From positions 43,823-107,822 of the forward strand of contig JAITAV010000010.1 in assembly GCA_031283895.1 (NCBI GenBank): a stretch of DNA of 64,000 bases, in the 5' to 3' direction. Positions 10,657 through 24,512 of the stretch are shown here, in pieces; position 1 is the first letter of the stretch; each line of letters begins with the position of its first letter. The notes under the pieces are model-generated. The model saw nothing but the letters and a program-made list of their open reading frames with translations. It was not told the DNA's origin and did not search any database. The position numbers and the translations under genes are program-made. Source of the stretch: Puniceicoccales bacterium. Its GTDB lineage: Bacteria > Verrucomicrobiota > Verrucomicrobiia > Opitutales > UBA9783.

Positions 10657-11273
10657 ATTCGATCCAAAAATAAGAGTAACGCACGCTCAGAAAACAATAT
10701 ATTGGCATAACGGCACAAATCCAATGCATTTAAAGACGACGTATCAACCGTATATACACGATCTAAATTGCGCGCAGACAGCAAAGCATTTTTTTCGAAT
10801 TCGTTATCAACCAACAAAATCTTGCCTTTAGCTATCCAATGATGCAACCACTGTACCATTAAAGAAGTTTTGGGACAATCAAACTGTCTCAGGCGCTCTA
10901 CAACTGACAACTTACCTTCAGAAACCGTATCAAATAAAGCACGCTGCAAGGCCAATTTTTTTTCTTTTTTATTGATAGAAACAGAAAAATCTCGCGGTTT
11001 TGGACCAAAAACAACACCCCCTCCTCGCCAAATCGGACTTCTTCTTTCACCCTGACGCGCCATGCCGGTTCCCTTTTGACGGTAAGGTTTTTTCCCCGAT
11101 CCCTGCACATCACCTCGCGTTTTTGTGCAAGCGTTCCCTTGGCGCAAATTAGATTGATAAGCCAACACAACATCTTTCAATGTCTGAAGACCACGACCTT
11201 TTTCAAATGTAGGAATGTTATACTCCCGTTCTTCTCGAAAAACGCCATCAATACCATAAAAATTAACCTTCAT
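10650..11273 (-). CDS. rplD: 50S ribosomal protein L4
   Basis: 207 aa; GSGKKPYRQKGTGMARQGERRSPIWRGGGVVFGPKPR. Confidence 0.97.
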   Translation of the reverse strand: MKVNFYGIDGVFREEREYNIPTFEKGRGLQTLKDVVLAYQSNLRQGNACTKTRGDVQGSGKKPYRQKGTGMARQGERRSPIWRGGGVVFGPKPRDFSVSINKKEKKLALQRALFDTVSEGKLSVVERLRQFDCPKTSLMVQWLHHWIAKGKILLVDNEFEKNALLSARNLDRVYTVDTSSLNALDLCRYANILFSERALLLFLDRIC

Positions 11274-11284
11274 ACGCTTCTTTC

Positions 11285-11917
11285 CTACGCTTGCTTGGCT
11301 TGCCTTATCATCACAAAACTGCCCTTAAAACCAGGAATACTTCCCCTGACCAAGATCAAACCTTTTTCTGGCACCGTTTTAACAATCACTAAATTGCGTA
11401 CAGTCGTACGCACTGCCCCCATGTGTCCTGGCATTTTTTGGTTCTTGGTAATGTGTCCCATGCGACGAAAATGGCCAAATCCTCCACCACGTCTATGCGA
11501 CATAGAACCGTGCGAAGCACGTCCTCCAGCAAAATCATAACGTTTCACGAGTCCTTGAAAGCCCTTACCTTTTGATTGAGCAATAACGTCAACTTCTTGG
11601 CCCTCCTGAAAAAGATCAACCGTTAATGTCTGACCTAACGAAAAACAGTCTACATCTTCTGTGGTAAATTCTCTAAAGGAAGCCAATTTATCCGATACTT
11701 CAGCCTTTTTCAGGTGACCCACAATGGACTTACTCACACGATTTTTTGCCTGATAGGCAAATTGTACTGCCTTGTATCCATCTTTTTCTTTCGTCTTAAT
11801 TTGAGTAACTCTACAAGGCTCTGCTAAAATGACCGTAACAGGCAACAAACAACCATTTTCATCAAACAATTGCGTCATACCTATTTTTTTCCCCACAATT
11901 AATAATTTGTTTTGCAT
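11285..11917 (-). CDS. rplC: 50S ribosomal protein L3
   Basis: 210 aa; GKKIGMTQLFDENG, GKGFQGLVKRYDFAGG. Confidence 0.97.
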   Translation of the reverse strand: MQNKLLIVGKKIGMTQLFDENGCLLPVTVILAEPCRVTQIKTKEKDGYKAVQFAYQAKNRVSKSIVGHLKKAEVSDKLASFREFTTEDVDCFSLGQTLTVDLFQEGQEVDVIAQSKGKGFQGLVKRYDFAGGRASHGSMSHRRGGGFGHFRRMGHITKNQKMPGHMGAVRTTVRNLVIVKTVPEKGLILVRGSIPGFKGSFVMIRQAKQA

Positions 11918-12008
11918 AGCATTAAACGGTCAATCCTCGTCTTCTTATAACATACTCACACTCGACACAAAATAAATACACCTTCCCTGTCAACGCTATT
12001 TAAAAAAA

Positions 12009-12317
12009 TTAAAGATGAATTGCAATTTCTATGCCTGCAGGCAAATTCAACTTCTTTAAATCGTCCACCGTTTGTGGTGTAGGATCTATAATTATAATCA
12101 GGCGACTGTGGGTACGTAGTTCAAATTGATCCATAGATTTTTTATCGACATGCGGCGAACGATTCACCGAAAATCGTTCAATTTTAATAGGCATTGGAAT
12201 AGGTCCACAAATTCTGGAACCCGACCTCTTAGCCGTATCAACAATTTCAAACGTAGACTGATCAACCGTACGATAATCAAATCCTTTTAATTTTATTCTA
12301 ATTTTTTGCCCAGCCAT
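12009..12317 (-). CDS. rpsJ: 30S ribosomal protein S10
   Basis: 102 aa; [16 protein letters not shown]...[24 protein letters not shown]. Confidence 0.97.
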   Translation of the reverse strand: MAGQKIRIKLKGFDYRTVDQSTFEIVDTAKRSGSRICGPIPMPIKIERFSVNRSPHVDKKSMDQFELRTHSRLIIIIDPTPQTVDDLKKLNLPAGIEIAIHL

Positions 12318-12364
12318 CTGAATTCTTTCTTTAACTTTTTGCGAATATTTTATCCAACATCCTA

Positions 12365-14515
12365 TTACGACCTTGCCGGTGCGCGCGATACAGTTTCAAC
12401 AATTTTAGCCAGCAAACTTGCGGGTACTTGTTCAAAATGTGAGGGCTCCATCGAATAAGAAGCACGCCCTTTCGTCAGAGAACGAACATCCGTTGCATAA
12501 CCAAACATCATTTCCAAAGGAACAAAAGCCATAATAATGCCCGCAGTTCCCTTAGTTTCCATACCTTGTATTTGTCCACGACGGCGGTTTAGGTCTCCCA
12601 TAACATCCCCTTGATATTCTTCGGGTGTTGCCACCTCAACTTTCATGATGGGTTCCAAAAGAATTGGATTCGCCTTTTTCATAGCATCTTTGAAAGCAAA
12701 AATTCCAGCCATTTTGAATGCCAATTCCGAAGAATCCACCTCGTGAAAACTACCATCCACAATACGAACTCTAAAATCTACGACAGGATATCCTGCCACA
12801 ACACCATTTTGAGCACCTTCCATAAGGCCCTCTTGCGTAGGTTTTATAAATTCACGAGGGATAACACCTCCAACAATTTCATTGATAACTTCAATACCTT
12901 TGCCTTTTTCGAGCGGCTCAAGTTTAATGACAACGTGCCCGTATTGTCCACGACCTCCACTCTGACGAATAAACTTACCTTCGCCTTCTGCAAATTGAAC
13001 AATCGTTTCACGATAAGCAATTTGAGGACGACCTGCATCCGCCTCTACCTTAAATTCACGAAACAATCGATCCCTAATAATTTCCAAATGCAGTTCGCCC
13101 ATACCAGAAATCAACGTTTGCCCCGTTTCCGTATTACTGCTGACTCTAAACGTAGGATCTTCCTCAGCCAAACGCTGTAATCCCATGGATAGACGTTCCT
13201 GATCCGACTTGGTCTTGGGCTCAATGGACATGCTAATAACGGGCTCCGGAAATGTTGGAGGCTCCAATTGCACGTTCAAATCTTTATCGCACAAGGTATC
13301 ACCCGTCACAATCTCCCGAGGACCAATTAAAGCACAAATATCACCCGCAAAAGCCTCTTCTATGTCCGCCCGTTCGTTGGCTTTCATAACCACCAATCGG
13401 CTGATTCTTTCCTGTTTACGCGTACGCGGATTGTACAAAACCATACCTTTACGAATCACCCCAGCATACACACGATAAAAAATTAATTTGCCCACATAAG
13501 GATCCGTCATCAACTTAAACACCAATCCCACAGGCTTACTGCGATCATCCGGAAAAATTTCCACCTTCTCCTCATCCCGATCACCTTGCGTAGGGGGCAA
13601 ATCTAGGGGACTTGGCAAGTAATCTACAATCGCATCCAATAACATCTGAACCCCTTTATTCTTAAAGGCACTTCCTGGAATAACACCCAGAAATTTCATT
13701 GACAGGGTTGCTCTACGCACCGCCCCTTTAAGCGCATCGATGGATAAAACTTCACCTTCTAGGTATTTGACCGCCAAATCATCATCGCAATCTGCCAAAG
13801 TCTCTATCAATTGTTCCCGATATTGACGTGCTGATGCTACGTATTCATCAGGGATGGCAACACTCTCATAACGCATTCCATGAGGATCTTGTTCATCGTA
13901 AATGTAAGCCTTTTCTTCAATCAAATCAATAAGCCCACGAAAATTATCCTCCTGACCGATGTTCAAAAATAATGGATGTGCATTGCCTCCCAATTTCTCA
14001 CGAATATCTTTGATGGCATTTAGAAAATTTGCGCCCGTACGATCCATTTTGTTGACAAAAGCCAAGCGAGGCACACGGTATTTGTCCATTTGCCGCCAAA
14101 CTGTCTCCGATTGAGGCTGCACTCCGGCAACCGCACAAAACACTCCCACGGCGCCATCCAATACACGCAGAGAACGTTCCACTTCCGCCGTAAAATCGAC
14201 ATGGCCTGGTGTATCAATAATGTTAATACGATGAGGTACCCCTTCAAAAGGGCCTTTTTTGTTTGTCCAATCACAACTAATGGCCGCTGCCGTAATGGTG
14301 ATGCCTCGTTCTCGTTCTTGCTCCATCCAGTCGGTTACGGTTTCACCTTCGTGCACTTCCCCCACTTTGTGCACTACACCTGTATAAAACAAAATACGCT
14401 CCGTCGTCGTAGTTTTACCGGCATCAATATGGGCGGCAATACCGATATTACGTAAATACTCCAATGGATTTTTGCGTTGGGGAGCATTTGCGACGGAAAG
14501 ATTTTCTTTGCTCAT
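12365..14515 (-). CDS. fusA: translation elongation factor G
   Basis: 716 aa; GTPase motifs [17 protein letters not shown] and NKMD, plus EF-G domains II-V. It follows rpsG. Confidence 0.97.
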   Translation of the reverse strand: MSKENLSVANAPQRKNPLEYLRNIGIAAHIDAGKTTTTERILFYTGVVHKVGEVHEGETVTDWMEQERERGITITAAAISCDWTNKKGPFEGVPHRINIIDTPGHVDFTAEVERSLRVLDGAVGVFCAVAGVQPQSETVWRQMDKYRVPRLAFVNKMDRTGANFLNAIKDIREKLGGNAHPLFLNIGQEDNFRGLIDLIEEKAYIYDEQDPHGMRYESVAIPDEYVASARQYREQLIETLADCDDDLAVKYLEGEVLSIDALKGAVRRATLSMKFLGVIPGSAFKNKGVQMLLDAIVDYLPSPLDLPPTQGDRDEEKVEIFPDDRSKPVGLVFKLMTDPYVGKLIFYRVYAGVIRKGMVLYNPRTRKQERISRLVVMKANERADIEEAFAGDICALIGPREIVTGDTLCDKDLNVQLEPPTFPEPVISMSIEPKTKSDQERLSMGLQRLAEEDPTFRVSSNTETGQTLISGMGELHLEIIRDRLFREFKVEADAGRPQIAYRETIVQFAEGEGKFIRQSGGRGQYGHVVIKLEPLEKGKGIEVINEIVGGVIPREFIKPTQEGLMEGAQNGVVAGYPVVDFRVRIVDGSFHEVDSSELAFKMAGIFAFKDAMKKANPILLEPIMKVEVATPEEYQGDVMGDLNRRRGQIQGMETKGTAGIIMAFVPLEMMFGYATDVRSLTKGRASYSMEPSHFEQVPASLLAKIVETVSRAPARS

Positions 14516-14537
14516 GATTTAACTTTATTTATCTCAT

Positions 14538-15011
14538 TCAAGACCAACGCAAATGTGCAAACGCACGGTTTGCTTGGGCCATACGGTGGACTTCTTCCTT
14601 CTTCTTAACAACTTCTCCCGAACTGTTATACGCCTCTATAATTTCACTTGCCAACGTTTCCACCATGGCTCCCTTACGCTTGTTTGCAGCTTGGACTAAC
14701 CAACGAAAAGCCAAACTTACCTGACGCTCATACCCCACTTCCACAGGAACTTGATAGGTCGCCCCTCCGACACGGCGACTCTTAACCTCTAACTTTGGAC
14801 GTACATTTTCAAGTGCAGCCAACAAGAAATCCATGGGATCCCCTTTACCCAAATTCTCGCTTACACGCTCAATGGCACCATATACAATACGCCTTGCCAA
14901 AGATTTTTTACCGGAACGCATAACGCGATTCGTCAATTGTTCAACCAACGTACTTTTATAACGAGGATCTTCCTTTAATTTTCTACGTACTGCTCTTCTA
15001 CGACGTGCCAT
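14538..15011 (-). CDS. rpsG: 30S ribosomal protein S7
   Basis: 157 aa; MARRRRA...VKSRRVGGATYQVPVEV...AFAHLRW. Confidence 0.97.
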   Translation of the reverse strand: MARRRRAVRRKLKEDPRYKSTLVEQLTNRVMRSGKKSLARRIVYGAIERVSENLGKGDPMDFLLAALENVRPKLEVKSRRVGGATYQVPVEVGYERQVSLAFRWLVQAANKRKGAMVETLASEIIEAYNSSGEVVKKKEEVHRMAQANRAFAHLRWS

Positions 15012-15022
15012 AACTTAAAAAT

Positions 15023-15409
15023 CTATTTCTTTTTACTCTCTTTAGGCCGTTGGACCCCATATTTTGAACGACTACGACGGCGTTTCTCAACGCCTTGCGC
15101 ATCCAATATACCACGAACAACATGATACCGCACTCCCGGCAAATCGGGAACACGACCACCACGTACCAATACCACACTGTGCTCTTGCAAATTATGCCCC
15201 TCATCGGGGATATAGGCAATAATTTCCACCCCATTTGTCAAACGGACTTTGGTTACTTTACGAACAGCAGAGTTAGGTTTCTTGGGTGTACGTGTCATCA
15301 CTTGTACGCAAACCCCACGCTTGAATGGATTCTTCCCCAATGCAGGCGCTTTCGACTTCGCGTAAACCTTTACTCTTGACTTTAAAATTAACTGATTAAT
15401 CGTAGGCAT
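15023..15409 (-). CDS. rpsL: 30S ribosomal protein S12
   Basis: 128 aa; [42 protein letters not shown]. Confidence 0.98.
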   Translation of the reverse strand: MPTINQLILKSRVKVYAKSKAPALGKNPFKRGVCVQVMTRTPKKPNSAVRKVTKVRLTNGVEIIAYIPDEGHNLQEHSVVLVRGGRVPDLPGVRYHVVRGILDAQGVEKRRRSRSKYGVQRPKESKKK

Positions 15410-15504
15410 CTTATATTAACTCACAAGAAAGTTAGCGTTAACATCCCATATGTTGCAAGCCTTTTTTAATAAAAAAGCAACCACAAAATTCTTCATTTTA
15501 TGCG

Positions 15505-18500
15505 CTATTCCTCCCCTTGGCATGCAAAGTCACCGGTTGATTCGCACAAAGACCGAATGGTCATACGGCGATATTTTGCCATACCTGTCCCCGCAGGAAT
15601 TAGATTACCCATGATAACATTTTCTTTAAATCCTTTCAACAAATCTGTCTTTCCTAGAGTTGCCGCCTCGGTTAGCACGCGTGTTGTTTCTTGGAATGAA
15701 GCTGCCGAAATAAAACTATCCGTTTCAAGGGAAGCCTTCGTAATACCCAACAAGATAGGCTCTCCTTCCGCAGGTTTACCACCCGCGGTCAAAACTTTTT
15801 CATTAGCGGTTAAAAAGTCCGCCCGATCCACCTGTTCTCCCCAGAAATAGTCTGTATCACCCGGATCTGTTACACGTACTTTACCCAACATACGCGCAAT
15901 GATAACCTCCAAATGCTTATCATCAATGGTCACACCTTGCAAACGATAAACTTTTTGGATTTCCGTTAACAAATACTCTTGTAAAGCGTGTACCCCTAAA
16001 ACGGTCAAAATTTCATGAGGATCCGCAGCACCTTCTGTCAAACACTGACCCTTTTTCACCAAATCTCCCGGATAAACAACTAATTGCTTACCGTGCGGAA
16101 TTAAGTGTTCCTCGTTCTCTTCCGTCTCTGGATTTGTTATCAACAAGCGCTTTTTACCACGAACCATCCCTGAAGTCACCGATACAATGCCTTCAATCTT
16201 GGCTATTTCCGAAGCATCTTTGGGTCTTCGCGCTTCAAATAATTCGGCCACACGAGGCAGTCCACCCGTAATATCTTGGGTCCGAGACGCCGAGCGTGGA
16301 GTTTTCGCCAGCAATGCTCCAGGATATATCTCATCACCCACGTTAACAATGACTTGGGCACCTACCGGAATAGCGTACGTAGCCAATACTTTCTGGGCAT
16401 CCTTTTTGTCCATAATTTCAATGGAAGGATTCAAATCTTCTTGATGTTCCATGACAACACTCGTTATTAGACCACTAGAATCATCCACCGCACGGCGGAT
16501 CGTAATCCCAGACATCATATCTTTAAAACGGACCATGCCTCCCTTTTCGGATAAAACCGGGATGTTATGCGGATCCCACATGGTTAAAACACGGCCACTT
16601 TCAATAAAATCACCGTCGGCAACCGTCAAAAGTGAACCTGCAAAGATGTGAATCGTTTCAACTTCACGACCTTCCTCATCCATAATGCAGACGGTCCCCC
16701 TCTTGTTCAAAACAATGGTTGCATTATCGGCCGTCTTTACGGTACGCAATCCATTATATTTAACGCGTCCCGAATGTCTTACGCGACTTTCTGGAGACTT
16801 TAACACTTGACTAGCAACACCACCAACGTGGAAAGTACGCATCGTTAATTGCGTGCCCGGTTCTCCAATCGATTGGGCGGCGATGATACCCACCGAAGTT
16901 CCCTCCTCAACCAAATGATGCGTCGATGGATCCAAACCGTAAGCTTTAGCAGGAATACAATCTTTGTTCATGTGGGTCAATGGAGATAAAACTTTTACGC
17001 GGATTATACCCATTTCTTCCACTCGTTCAGCCATTTTTTCCGTAATTATTTCACCACGACGAATAATGACTTCTTCTGGATTAATCGGATTCACAACATT
17101 TTCACAAGAACAACGACCTATAATCCGTTCCGATAACTTGACGATCTCTTCGTCGCCTTCATAAATGGCTTGTTTCCATACCCCTTTATTGTAATCCAAG
17201 TTGTCGGTATCGGGTTCAATCACGCAATCCATCGCAACGTCGCACAATTTACGCGTCAGATAACCCGCATCCGCCGTTTTTAGGGCGGTGTCCGCCATAC
17301 CTTTACGAGCACCATGCGTTGAAATAAAATATTCAAGGACATTCAATCCTTCCCGAAAAGATGATAAAATAGGTTGTTCAATAATTTCACCGGATGGCTT
17401 AGCCATTAAACCACGAGCCCCACACAATTGACGTACTTGTTGACGATTCCCACGCGCCCCCGAATCCATCATCATGTACACAGAATTGACTTCCCCATCG
17501 CGTATACCTTCGAGGCCTTTAAATGCCATTTTGGCAATTTCATCGGTAGCACTTGTCCAAACGTCTATCACCTTATTGCATCGTTCGCCGTTGGTAATGA
17601 TACCTTTTTTAAATTGAGATTCAACTTCCTTAATTTTTTTACGGCTCTTTTCAATAATTATCGATTTTTCTTTTGGAACCACCATATCATCAATACTTAT
17701 GGAAGCACCTATTTTTGTAGCCATTAAAAAACCCATTTGTTTCAAAGAATCCAGCACGTGTACAGCTTCCAAACGATCTACTAAATTGTAAGACAAAGCA
17801 ATTAACTCGGACAATTTATTCTTACCCACAGGTTCATTGATAAAACCCATGTTCGTAGGCCAAATGGTGTTAAAGACAGTCCGACCAATCGTTGTACGAA
17901 TGAACCTAACATCTTTATTGCCAAACTGCGTATGCTTACCGTAATCCGGATTTGGCATATCCACCCAATCGTGCAGTGTTAACATACCTTCGGCTTGTGC
18001 CATTAATGCTTCCTGAATACCGGATACGACGGGAACACGAACCAATTTCGCGGGCTTTTCCGTTAAACTTAACGTCAAATAATAGATTCCCAGCACAATA
18101 TCCTGTGAAGGCGTTAAAACAGGCTTACCACTCGAAGGAGCAAACATGTTATTCGTTGAAAGCATCAATAAGCGCGCTTCCATAATGGCTTCCGTCGACA
18201 AAGGTACATGTACGGCCATTTGATCTCCATCAAAATCGGCATTAAACGCGGAACATACCAACGGATGCAAACGAATGGCATCGCCTTCAATCAATACGGG
18301 TTCAAAAGCTTGTATGGATAATCGGTGCAACGATGGTGCACGATTGAGCAACACCGGATGTCCTTTGGTAACTTCAGCCAAAATATCCCATACTTCCGGC
18401 GCTTTATTTTCAATCAATTTACGCGCTGAACGTACCGTATGCGCAAACCCTAGTTCTTTCAAACGACGAATAATAAACGGCTCAAATAAAATTAAAGCCA

Positions 18501-19623
18501 TCTTTTTTGGCAAACCGCATTGATGCAATTTCAAATCAGGGCCAATCACAATAACAGAGCGACCACTGTAATCAACACGCTTGCCTAACAAATTTTGCCG
18601 GAATCGACCCTGCTTACCTTTCAGCATATCACTCAACGACTTGAGAGGTCGATTACCTGAACCCGTTACAGGACGTGCACCGTGGCAACCATTATCAAAA
18701 AGTGCATCTACGGCCTCTTGCAACATACGTTTCTCATTGTGAATAATCACATCGGGCGTCTTCAATTGCAGCAAGTTACGCAAACGATTGTTACGATTAA
18801 TAACACGACGATACAAATCATTCAAGTCACTGGTGGCAAACCTTCCTCCTTCAAGGGGAATCAGTGGCCTCAAATCGGGTGGAATGACGGGAATAACATC
18901 CAAAACCATCCATTCGGGTCGGGTACCCGATTGCAAAAAACCGTTCATCATCTTTAAACGCTTTGCCAATTTTTTCTTAATTTGTTTCGAACGTGTATTG
19001 TAAATTTCCATTTGCATGGACTCTATTTCCGCCGATAAGTCAATTTGCGACAACAAATCTTTAATGGCCTCAGCCCCCATTTTGGCTACAAAAGCGTCTT
19101 CTCCAAACTCTTCTTGAGCCATTTGATATTGTTGTTCTGTCAATAATTGCTTTTCTTCCAAAGACGTACGCCCCGCATCAATTACGATGTAATTTTCATA
19201 ATAAATGACTTTTTCCAGATCGCGCATGGTCATTTCCAACAACAAACCGAAACGGCTTGGCATCGTTTTTAAAAACCAAACATGCGCTACGGGAACAGCT
19301 AAATTGATATGCCCCATCCATTCACGACGTACACGCGACAGTGTCACTTCCACACCGCAACGGTCACACACAACTCCTTTATATTTGATACGTTTGTACT
19401 TGCCGCAACCACATTCATAATCCTTAACAGGACCAAAAATTCGTTGGCAAAATAATCCTCCCGATTCAGGTTTAAATGTACGATAATTGATCGTTTCAGG
19501 ATTTTTTACTTCACCTTTAGACCACCGACGAATGGTATCCGGAGACGCCACCGCAATACTCACCGAATCAAAATTTTGTTCTTCGTCAAAACCAAGTACT
19601 TCACGAACTTCTTCTTTAGTCAT
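15505..19623 (-). CDS. rpoC: DNA-directed RNA polymerase subunit beta'
   Basis: 1372 aa; catalytic [13 protein letters not shown]-terminal zinc motif CGCGKYKR...CDRCGVEV. Confidence 0.98.
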   Translation of the reverse strand: MTKEEVREVLGFDEEQNFDSVSIAVASPDTIRRWSKGEVKNPETINYRTFKPESGGLFCQRIFGPVKDYECGCGKYKRIKYKGVVCDRCGVEVTLSRVRREWMGHINLAVPVAHVWFLKTMPSRFGLLLEMTMRDLEKVIYYENYIVIDAGRTSLEEKQLLTEQQYQMAQEEFGEDAFVAKMGAEAIKDLLSQIDLSAEIESMQMEIYNTRSKQIKKKLAKRLKMMNGFLQSGTRPEWMVLDVIPVIPPDLRPLIPLEGGRFATSDLNDLYRRVINRNNRLRNLLQLKTPDVIIHNEKRMLQEAVDALFDNGCHGARPVTGSGNRPLKSLSDMLKGKQGRFRQNLLGKRVDYSGRSVIVIGPDLKLHQCGLPKKMALILFEPFIIRRLKELGFAHTVRSARKLIENKAPEVWDILAEVTKGHPVLLNRAPSLHRLSIQAFEPVLIEGDAIRLHPLVCSAFNADFDGDQMAVHVPLSTEAIMEARLLMLSTNNMFAPSSGKPVLTPSQDIVLGIYYLTLSLTEKPAKLVRVPVVSGIQEALMAQAEGMLTLHDWVDMPNPDYGKHTQFGNKDVRFIRTTIGRTVFNTIWPTNMGFINEPVGKNKLSELIALSYNLVDRLEAVHVLDSLKQMGFLMATKIGASISIDDMVVPKEKSIIIEKSRKKIKEVESQFKKGIITNGERCNKVIDVWTSATDEIAKMAFKGLEGIRDGEVNSVYMMMDSGARGNRQQVRQLCGARGLMAKPSGEIIEQPILSSFREGLNVLEYFISTHGARKGMADTALKTADAGYLTRKLCDVAMDCVIEPDTDNLDYNKGVWKQAIYEGDEEIVKLSERIIGRCSCENVVNPINPEEVIIRRGEIITEKMAERVEEMGIIRVKVLSPLTHMNKDCIPAKAYGLDPSTHHLVEEGTSVGIIAAQSIGEPGTQLTMRTFHVGGVASQVLKSPESRVRHSGRVKYNGLRTVKTADNATIVLNKRGTVCIMDEEGREVETIHIFAGSLLTVADGDFIESGRVLTMWDPHNIPVLSEKGGMVRFKDMMSGITIRRAVDDSSGLITSVVMEHQEDLNPSIEIMDKKDAQKVLATYAIPVGAQVIVNVGDEIYPGALLAKTPRSASRTQDITGGLPRVAELFEARRPKDASEIAKIEGIVSVTSGMVRGKKRLLITNPETEENEEHLIPHGKQLVVYPGDLVKKGQCLTEGAADPHEILTVLGVHALQEYLLTEIQKVYRLQGVTIDDKHLEVIIARMLGKVRVTDPGDTDYFWGEQVDRADFLTANEKVLTAGGKPAEGEPILLGITKASLETDSFISAASFQETTRVLTEAATLGKTDLLKGFKENVIMGNLIPAGTGMAKYRRMTIRSLCESTGDFACQGEE

Positions 19624-19631
19624 AATTCCTT

Positions 19632-22600
19632 TTAGAATCGAACGTCTTCTAAGAGTTGCTGCTGTTTAGATCCCAATCGTACATCCAAACACAACCCCTG
19701 CATTTCTTTTACTAAAACATTAAAAGACTGAGGTATTCCCGCCTGTAAAGAATGATGTCCTTTTACAATAGCTTCGTACACACGTGTACGCCCCTGCACA
19801 TCATCTGATTTTACGGTCAATAACTCTTGTAAATTATAAGCAGCACCATAAGCTTCCAAGGCCCACACTTCCATTTCTCCGAAACGTTGGCCACCGTATT
19901 GCGCCTTTCCACCCAATGGCTGTTGCGTAATTAAACTGTAGGGGCCTACCGCACGCGCATGAATTTTATTGGCAACCAAGTGATTAAGTTTCATCATATA
20001 AATGCAGCCAACCATCACCTTTTGAAAAAACGCTTCACCCGTACAACCGTCGTATAAGGTTATTTTACCACTTTCAGGCAAATTTGCCTTTTTCAAATAC
20101 GTACGAATGGTATCTTCCGAAACGCCATCAAAAACCGGTGTCGCAATTTTAATACCCAAAGCACGACAAGCCCAACCTAAATGCGTTTCCAAAACTTGTC
20201 CCACATTCATACGACTTGGAATACCTAGTGGATTTAAAATGATATCCACCGGTGTCCCATCGGCTAAAAAAGGCATGTCTTGCACGGGCACAATCTGGGC
20301 GACAACCCCTTTGTTGCCATGACGACCCGCCATTTTATCGCCCACTTGAATCTTACGCTTTACGGCAATGTAAACTTTTACATTTTTAATGGTACCCGTT
20401 TCTTCACCTTCTTCTTCAACGTGTCGAATTTTTGCTTCGTATTCTTCCTCCAAAAGTTCAAAACGCTTCTTGAACTGATTCAAAATGTCAACAATCTTAA
20501 CTTTCACAGGTGATTGTTCTATCTGTAAACTATCGGGGGCCGAAGCTAGACGGCGTAGCAAAGTTTTAGTAATTTTACGATTTGCCGGAATAATAATTTC
20601 ACCTGTCTTTTGGTGGGTGATATTTAAAGGGATTTTTTCGCCCAATAAAATATTGGACAAAGCTTCCGTTAATTCTTCGCGCAAATGTTCCTTTGCAGTC
20701 CTCTGTTCTTCCGTAATTTTCTTAAGCTTACGACGGTAATCTACCGTTTCAACAGACCCTTCTTCATCTTCCTTATCGGCATGCACCGATGTTCGGACAT
20801 CCATGACGATTCCTGAACAACCGGGAGGTGCGATCATTGAAGAGTCTTTAATATCGGCTGCCTTTTCACCAAAAATTGCTCGCAATAATTTCTCTTCTGG
20901 CGCCAATTCAGTTTCACTTTTAGGTGTAATCTTGCCAACCAAAATATCCCCCGGATGCACCTCAGCACCCACACAGATAATGCCATTGCGATCCAAATTT
21001 TTAAGCGCTTCTTCGCCCACATTGGGAATGTCACGTGTAATTTCCTCAGCTCCCAATTTTGTATCGCGAGCAGTCACTTCAAATTCCTCAATGTGAATGG
21101 ATGTAAAAACATCTTCTTTGACGAGACGCTCACTCAAAATAATAGCATCTTCAAAATTGTAACCATTCCAAGGCATAAAAGCAACCAAGACATTGCTTCC
21201 CAACGCCAATTCTCCGTCCTGCGTTGCGGCACCATCTGCCAAAATTTGACCTTTCTTCACCGTATCATCCAAACGTACCAAAGGTCTTTGATTAAAACAG
21301 GTAGTTGCATTGGAACGAATAAATTTGCACAAATTGTAAACGTAAACGCCTTTCTTGCGGTCCATCTTTAAAGACTTATCCATACGCGATGGCAAAGTCC
21401 CACCCGTTGCAACAACAATATGTTTTCCGTCAACTTCGACGACTTTTCCATCTGCTTCGGCAACCACTACGGTACGAGAATCTTGAGCCACCTTAGCTTC
21501 AAGACCCGTTCCTACGAAAGGCGCTTGAGCTCGCAATAATGGAACTCCTTGACGTTGCATATTCGATCCCATCAAAGCGCGACTCGCATCGTCGTGTTCA
21601 AGGAATGGAATCAACCCCGTGGCAACGGAAATCAACTGCTTTGGAGAGACATCCATATAATTAACTTCTTTGGGATCCACTTCAATTACTTCAAATCTTT
21701 TACGCGCCGTAATTCTTCCTTCCAGGCGACCTTCTTTATTGATGAAAGAATTGGCTTGGGCAACAATTACTTGTTCCTCCTGATCTGCTGTCAAATAATG
21801 AACTTCATCGGTTACCATCCCCTTCTTTACTACCCTATAAGGGGTTCCAATGAAACCAAATTCGTTGACATTTGCGTACGTCGTCAACGAATTAATTAAA
21901 CCAATATTGGGCCCCTCCGGTGTTTCAATGGGACATATACGTCCATAATGCGAAGCGTGTACATCACGCACTTCAAAACCAGCTCGATCACGGTTTAATC
22001 CTCCCGGACCCAACGCTGACAAACGACGTTTATGCGTTAACTCGGCCAATGGATTAATTTGATCCATTAATTGCGATAATTGACTACGCGCAAAAAAGTC
22101 ACGTACAACGGTTGCCAAAGCTTTGGTATTCATCAAACGCTGCGGCGTGACGGCATCCACCGTTTGATCATACAATGCCATGCGCTCTTTCACAATGCGC
22201 TCCGTACGAGATAATCCTAAACGACACTGATGATATAGCAATTCTCCCACTGGACGTACTCTACGGCTTCCCAAATGATCGATGTCATCCACCACACCAT
22301 TGCCTTTTTTCAAACTGCACAAATAACGCGTCGCTTGAACGATATCATTGGGTTGCAGCAAACGTTTAAATAAATTGACATTTTCGCCAAATTTTTGATT
22401 TAAACGATAACGCCCTACACGCCCTAAGTCATAACGCTTCTCATCAAAAAACAACCTTTTAAATAAACTTTTAGCGTTTGCCAAAGTCGCTGGATCTCCT
22501 GGACGCAAACGCCTAAAAATCTCTCTCAACGCTTCTTCTTCATTGGGAATTGTATCTTTTTTTAAACAACGAATAATGGCCCCTTCATCCACACTGCTGT

Positions 22601-23420
22601 CTACAATCCATACATTTTCAACATTAGACTGCGTAAACGCTTGTAAGACCGTTTGTGTCACAGGTTCAAACGCACGTGCTAACACTAATCCCTTGGTTGC
22701 ATCAATCACATCTTCAACCAAAATGTACCCCGTCAAATCTTCTTTTAATAACAACACCTGGACGGATACTTTTTCTGGTGCATAAAAAAGCTTTAAAATA
22801 TCCATATCACTGCTAAATCCAAGTGCACGTAAGAATGTAGTCACCAAAAATTTACGACGACGACGACGACGATCCAAATAAACGTATAATAAATCGTTGG
22901 GATCAAATTGTACCTCAATCCAAGTACCACGGTCAGGAATAATGCGAAAAGAGTGCAGTACTTTACCTGTTGTGTGCGCCTCTTGTTCAAAACAAATACC
23001 GGGCGATCTGTGCAGTTGACTGACAACTACTCTCTCGGCTCCATTAATGATAAAAGAACCTCTTTCCGTCATCAATGGAATTTCACCCATATAAATTTCA
23101 CTTTCCTGAATAGATTCTTCAGCTTTAAGCCGCAAGGTTACATATAAGGAAACAGAATAAGTACTGCCCTCTCTAATGCATGTATAATCCGATTGCTTCG
23201 GTTCCACAAGCTGATAAGACACGTACTCCAAATGAAACTTATTGTCGTAACTTTCGATCGGAAAAACTTCTTGGAATACAGCTTCCAGTCCAACATTTTC
23301 CCGTTGACGTGGCGCTTTATCCGCCTGTAAAAACTCCTTAAAAGAAGCGAGCTGCAATTGTATTAAATCAGGTGGTAGAATAACCTCATTTAGCTTTCCA
23401 AAATTAATGCGATGTGACAT
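19632..23420 (-). CDS. rpoB: DNA-directed RNA polymerase subunit beta
   Basis: 1262 aa; [43 protein letters not shown]. Confidence 0.98.
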   Translation of the reverse strand: MSHRINFGKLNEVILPPDLIQLQLASFKEFLQADKAPRQRENVGLEAVFQEVFPIESYDNKFHLEYVSYQLVEPKQSDYTCIREGSTYSVSLYVTLRLKAEESIQESEIYMGEIPLMTERGSFIINGAERVVVSQLHRSPGICFEQEAHTTGKVLHSFRIIPDRGTWIEVQFDPNDLLYVYLDRRRRRRKFLVTTFLRALGFSSDMDILKLFYAPEKVSVQVLLLKEDLTGYILVEDVIDATKGLVLARAFEPVTQTVLQAFTQSNVENVWIVDSSVDEGAIIRCLKKDTIPNEEEALREIFRRLRPGDPATLANAKSLFKRLFFDEKRYDLGRVGRYRLNQKFGENVNLFKRLLQPNDIVQATRYLCSLKKGNGVVDDIDHLGSRRVRPVGELLYHQCRLGLSRTERIVKERMALYDQTVDAVTPQRLMNTKALATVVRDFFARSQLSQLMDQINPLAELTHKRRLSALGPGGLNRDRAGFEVRDVHASHYGRICPIETPEGPNIGLINSLTTYANVNEFGFIGTPYRVVKKGMVTDEVHYLTADQEEQVIVAQANSFINKEGRLEGRITARKRFEVIEVDPKEVNYMDVSPKQLISVATGLIPFLEHDDASRALMGSNMQRQGVPLLRAQAPFVGTGLEAKVAQDSRTVVVAEADGKVVEVDGKHIVVATGGTLPSRMDKSLKMDRKKGVYVYNLCKFIRSNATTCFNQRPLVRLDDTVKKGQILADGAATQDGELALGSNVLVAFMPWNGYNFEDAIILSERLVKEDVFTSIHIEEFEVTARDTKLGAEEITRDIPNVGEEALKNLDRNGIICVGAEVHPGDILVGKITPKSETELAPEEKLLRAIFGEKAADIKDSSMIAPPGCSGIVMDVRTSVHADKEDEEGSVETVDYRRKLKKITEEQRTAKEHLREELTEALSNILLGEKIPLNITHQKTGEIIIPANRKITKTLLRRLASAPDSLQIEQSPVKVKIVDILNQFKKRFELLEEEYEAKIRHVEEEGEETGTIKNVKVYIAVKRKIQVGDKMAGRHGNKGVVAQIVPVQDMPFLADGTPVDIILNPLGIPSRMNVGQVLETHLGWACRALGIKIATPVFDGVSEDTIRTYLKKANLPESGKITLYDGCTGEAFFQKVMVGCIYMMKLNHLVANKIHARAVGPYSLITQQPLGGKAQYGGQRFGEMEVWALEAYGAAYNLQELLTVKSDDVQGRTRVYEAIVKGHHSLQAGIPQSFNVLVKEMQGLCLDVRLGSKQQQLLEDVRF

Positions 23421-23469
23421 AAAATAAACAAAATCTTAACAAGGATTTTCTCTCCATCCTATCCTTGTT
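23421..23469 (-). terminator. rplL-rpoB intergenic hairpin plus T-tract (attenuator/partial terminator candidate)
   Basis: On the minus strand, AACAAGGAT (23469..23461) pairs with ATCCTTGTT (23446..23438). This is followed by AAGATTTTGTTTATTTT immediately before the rpoB start. Confidence 0.45.
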
Positions 23470-23497
23470 CACACAAGACACGTTCACAAATCAAAAA

Positions 23498-23875
23498 TCA
23501 CTTAACTTCAACCTTTGCACCAGCTGATTCAAGCCTTTTTTTGAGATCTTCCGCCTCTTGTTTTCCTATACTTTCTTTGACAGCTTTCGGAGCTCCTTCT
23601 ACTAAGTCTTTAGCCTCTTTTAAGCCTAAACCTGTAATGGCACGAATCTCTTTAATAACATTGATCTTATTGGCGCCAGCATCTGCCAAGATAATGTTAA
23701 ATTCCGTTTTCTCTTCAACGGCTTGCTCGGCAACTACAGGCGCTGCGGCAACCGCAACCGGAGCGGCGGCACTCACACCCCACTTTGCTTCAAGCTCTTT
23801 AACCAAATCAGCAATTTCCAAAACTGACTGATTACTCAACCATTCAATAACTTGATCCTTTTTTAGATTACTCAT
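23498..23875 (-). CDS. rplL: 50S ribosomal protein L7/L12
   Basis: The track ORF starts at 23890. I trimmed it to ATG 23875 ([13 protein letters not shown]), preceded by AGGAGGAAAT. Ala/Val hinge and C-terminal [17 protein letters not shown]. Confidence 0.96.
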   Translation of the reverse strand: MSNLKKDQVIEWLSNQSVLEIADLVKELEAKWGVSAAAPVAVAAAPVVAEQAVEEKTEFNIILADAGANKINVIKEIRAITGLGLKEAKDLVEGAPKAVKESIGKQEAEDLKKRLESAGAKVEVK

Positions 23876-23934
23876 ATTTCCTCCTAGCACAGATTAGCGT
23901 TCATCTTTTATTCTTTTTTTCTCAGACGAAGCAT

Positions 23935-24492
23935 TTAAGGAGATAAAATCTCCCTAACCTGACCTGAAAAATTATTTTGTGATACGGCTCCTTTTTCGTA
24001 CGCTTTTAGCAGAGTCAAAAAACTCTGCGGGATACCTTGCATGATGTGCAAACATTGACGATAAGGTGTCCATAACAAGGATAAAAACATAGCCCTTAGC
24101 GTTGCTAAATCAGGCAGTTTTGATAAAGCATCCAAAGCCATAACATCGTACAACTGTCCTTCCACACAACCCCCTTTCGCGTTTAACTTTTCTTTATCCT
24201 TAGCAAACCGCAGCAACAGTTTAATGACACCTGATGGATTATCACCTCCGTACACAATGGCGGTTTGGCCTTCCAACCACTGCACAAAAGAAGGCCATTT
24301 GAGATCCTCTCCCACTTTACGTAAAATTGCATTTTTAACAACGTGAAAATAAGCCCCTTCTCCAGATAACTCTGCTCGTAGTTGTGCAATTTCCGAAACC
24401 GTTACACCTCTAAAATCAACCAAATACCAATAATTTGAATCCTTAACGCGGTTTGAAACTTCGCGCACCAAGAATGTTTTTTCTATTCTCAT
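23935..24492 (-). CDS. rplJ: 50S ribosomal protein L10
   Basis: 185 aa; YLVDFRGVTVSEIAQLRAEL..HVVKNAILRK. It lies upstream of rplL. Confidence 0.95.
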   Translation of the reverse strand: MRIEKTFLVREVSNRVKDSNYWYLVDFRGVTVSEIAQLRAELSGEGAYFHVVKNAILRKVGEDLKWPSFVQWLEGQTAIVYGGDNPSGVIKLLLRFAKDKEKLNAKGGCVEGQLYDVMALDALSKLPDLATLRAMFLSLLWTPYRQCLHIMQGIPQSFLTLLKAYEKGAVSQNNFSGQVREILSP

Positions 24493-24512
24493 CCAATTTT
24501 TCTTTCTAAAAC

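Noticed and set aside
15500-23147. Dozens of 60-190-aa plus-strand ORFs inside rpoC, rpoB and fusA (for example 15500..15850, 17428..17727, 20955..21371, 12611..13180).
   Set aside because: They are antisense shadow ORFs within strongly supported long genes. Their compositions are odd (Ser/Thr/Phe/Asn-rich), and they have no SD sites and no family motifs.
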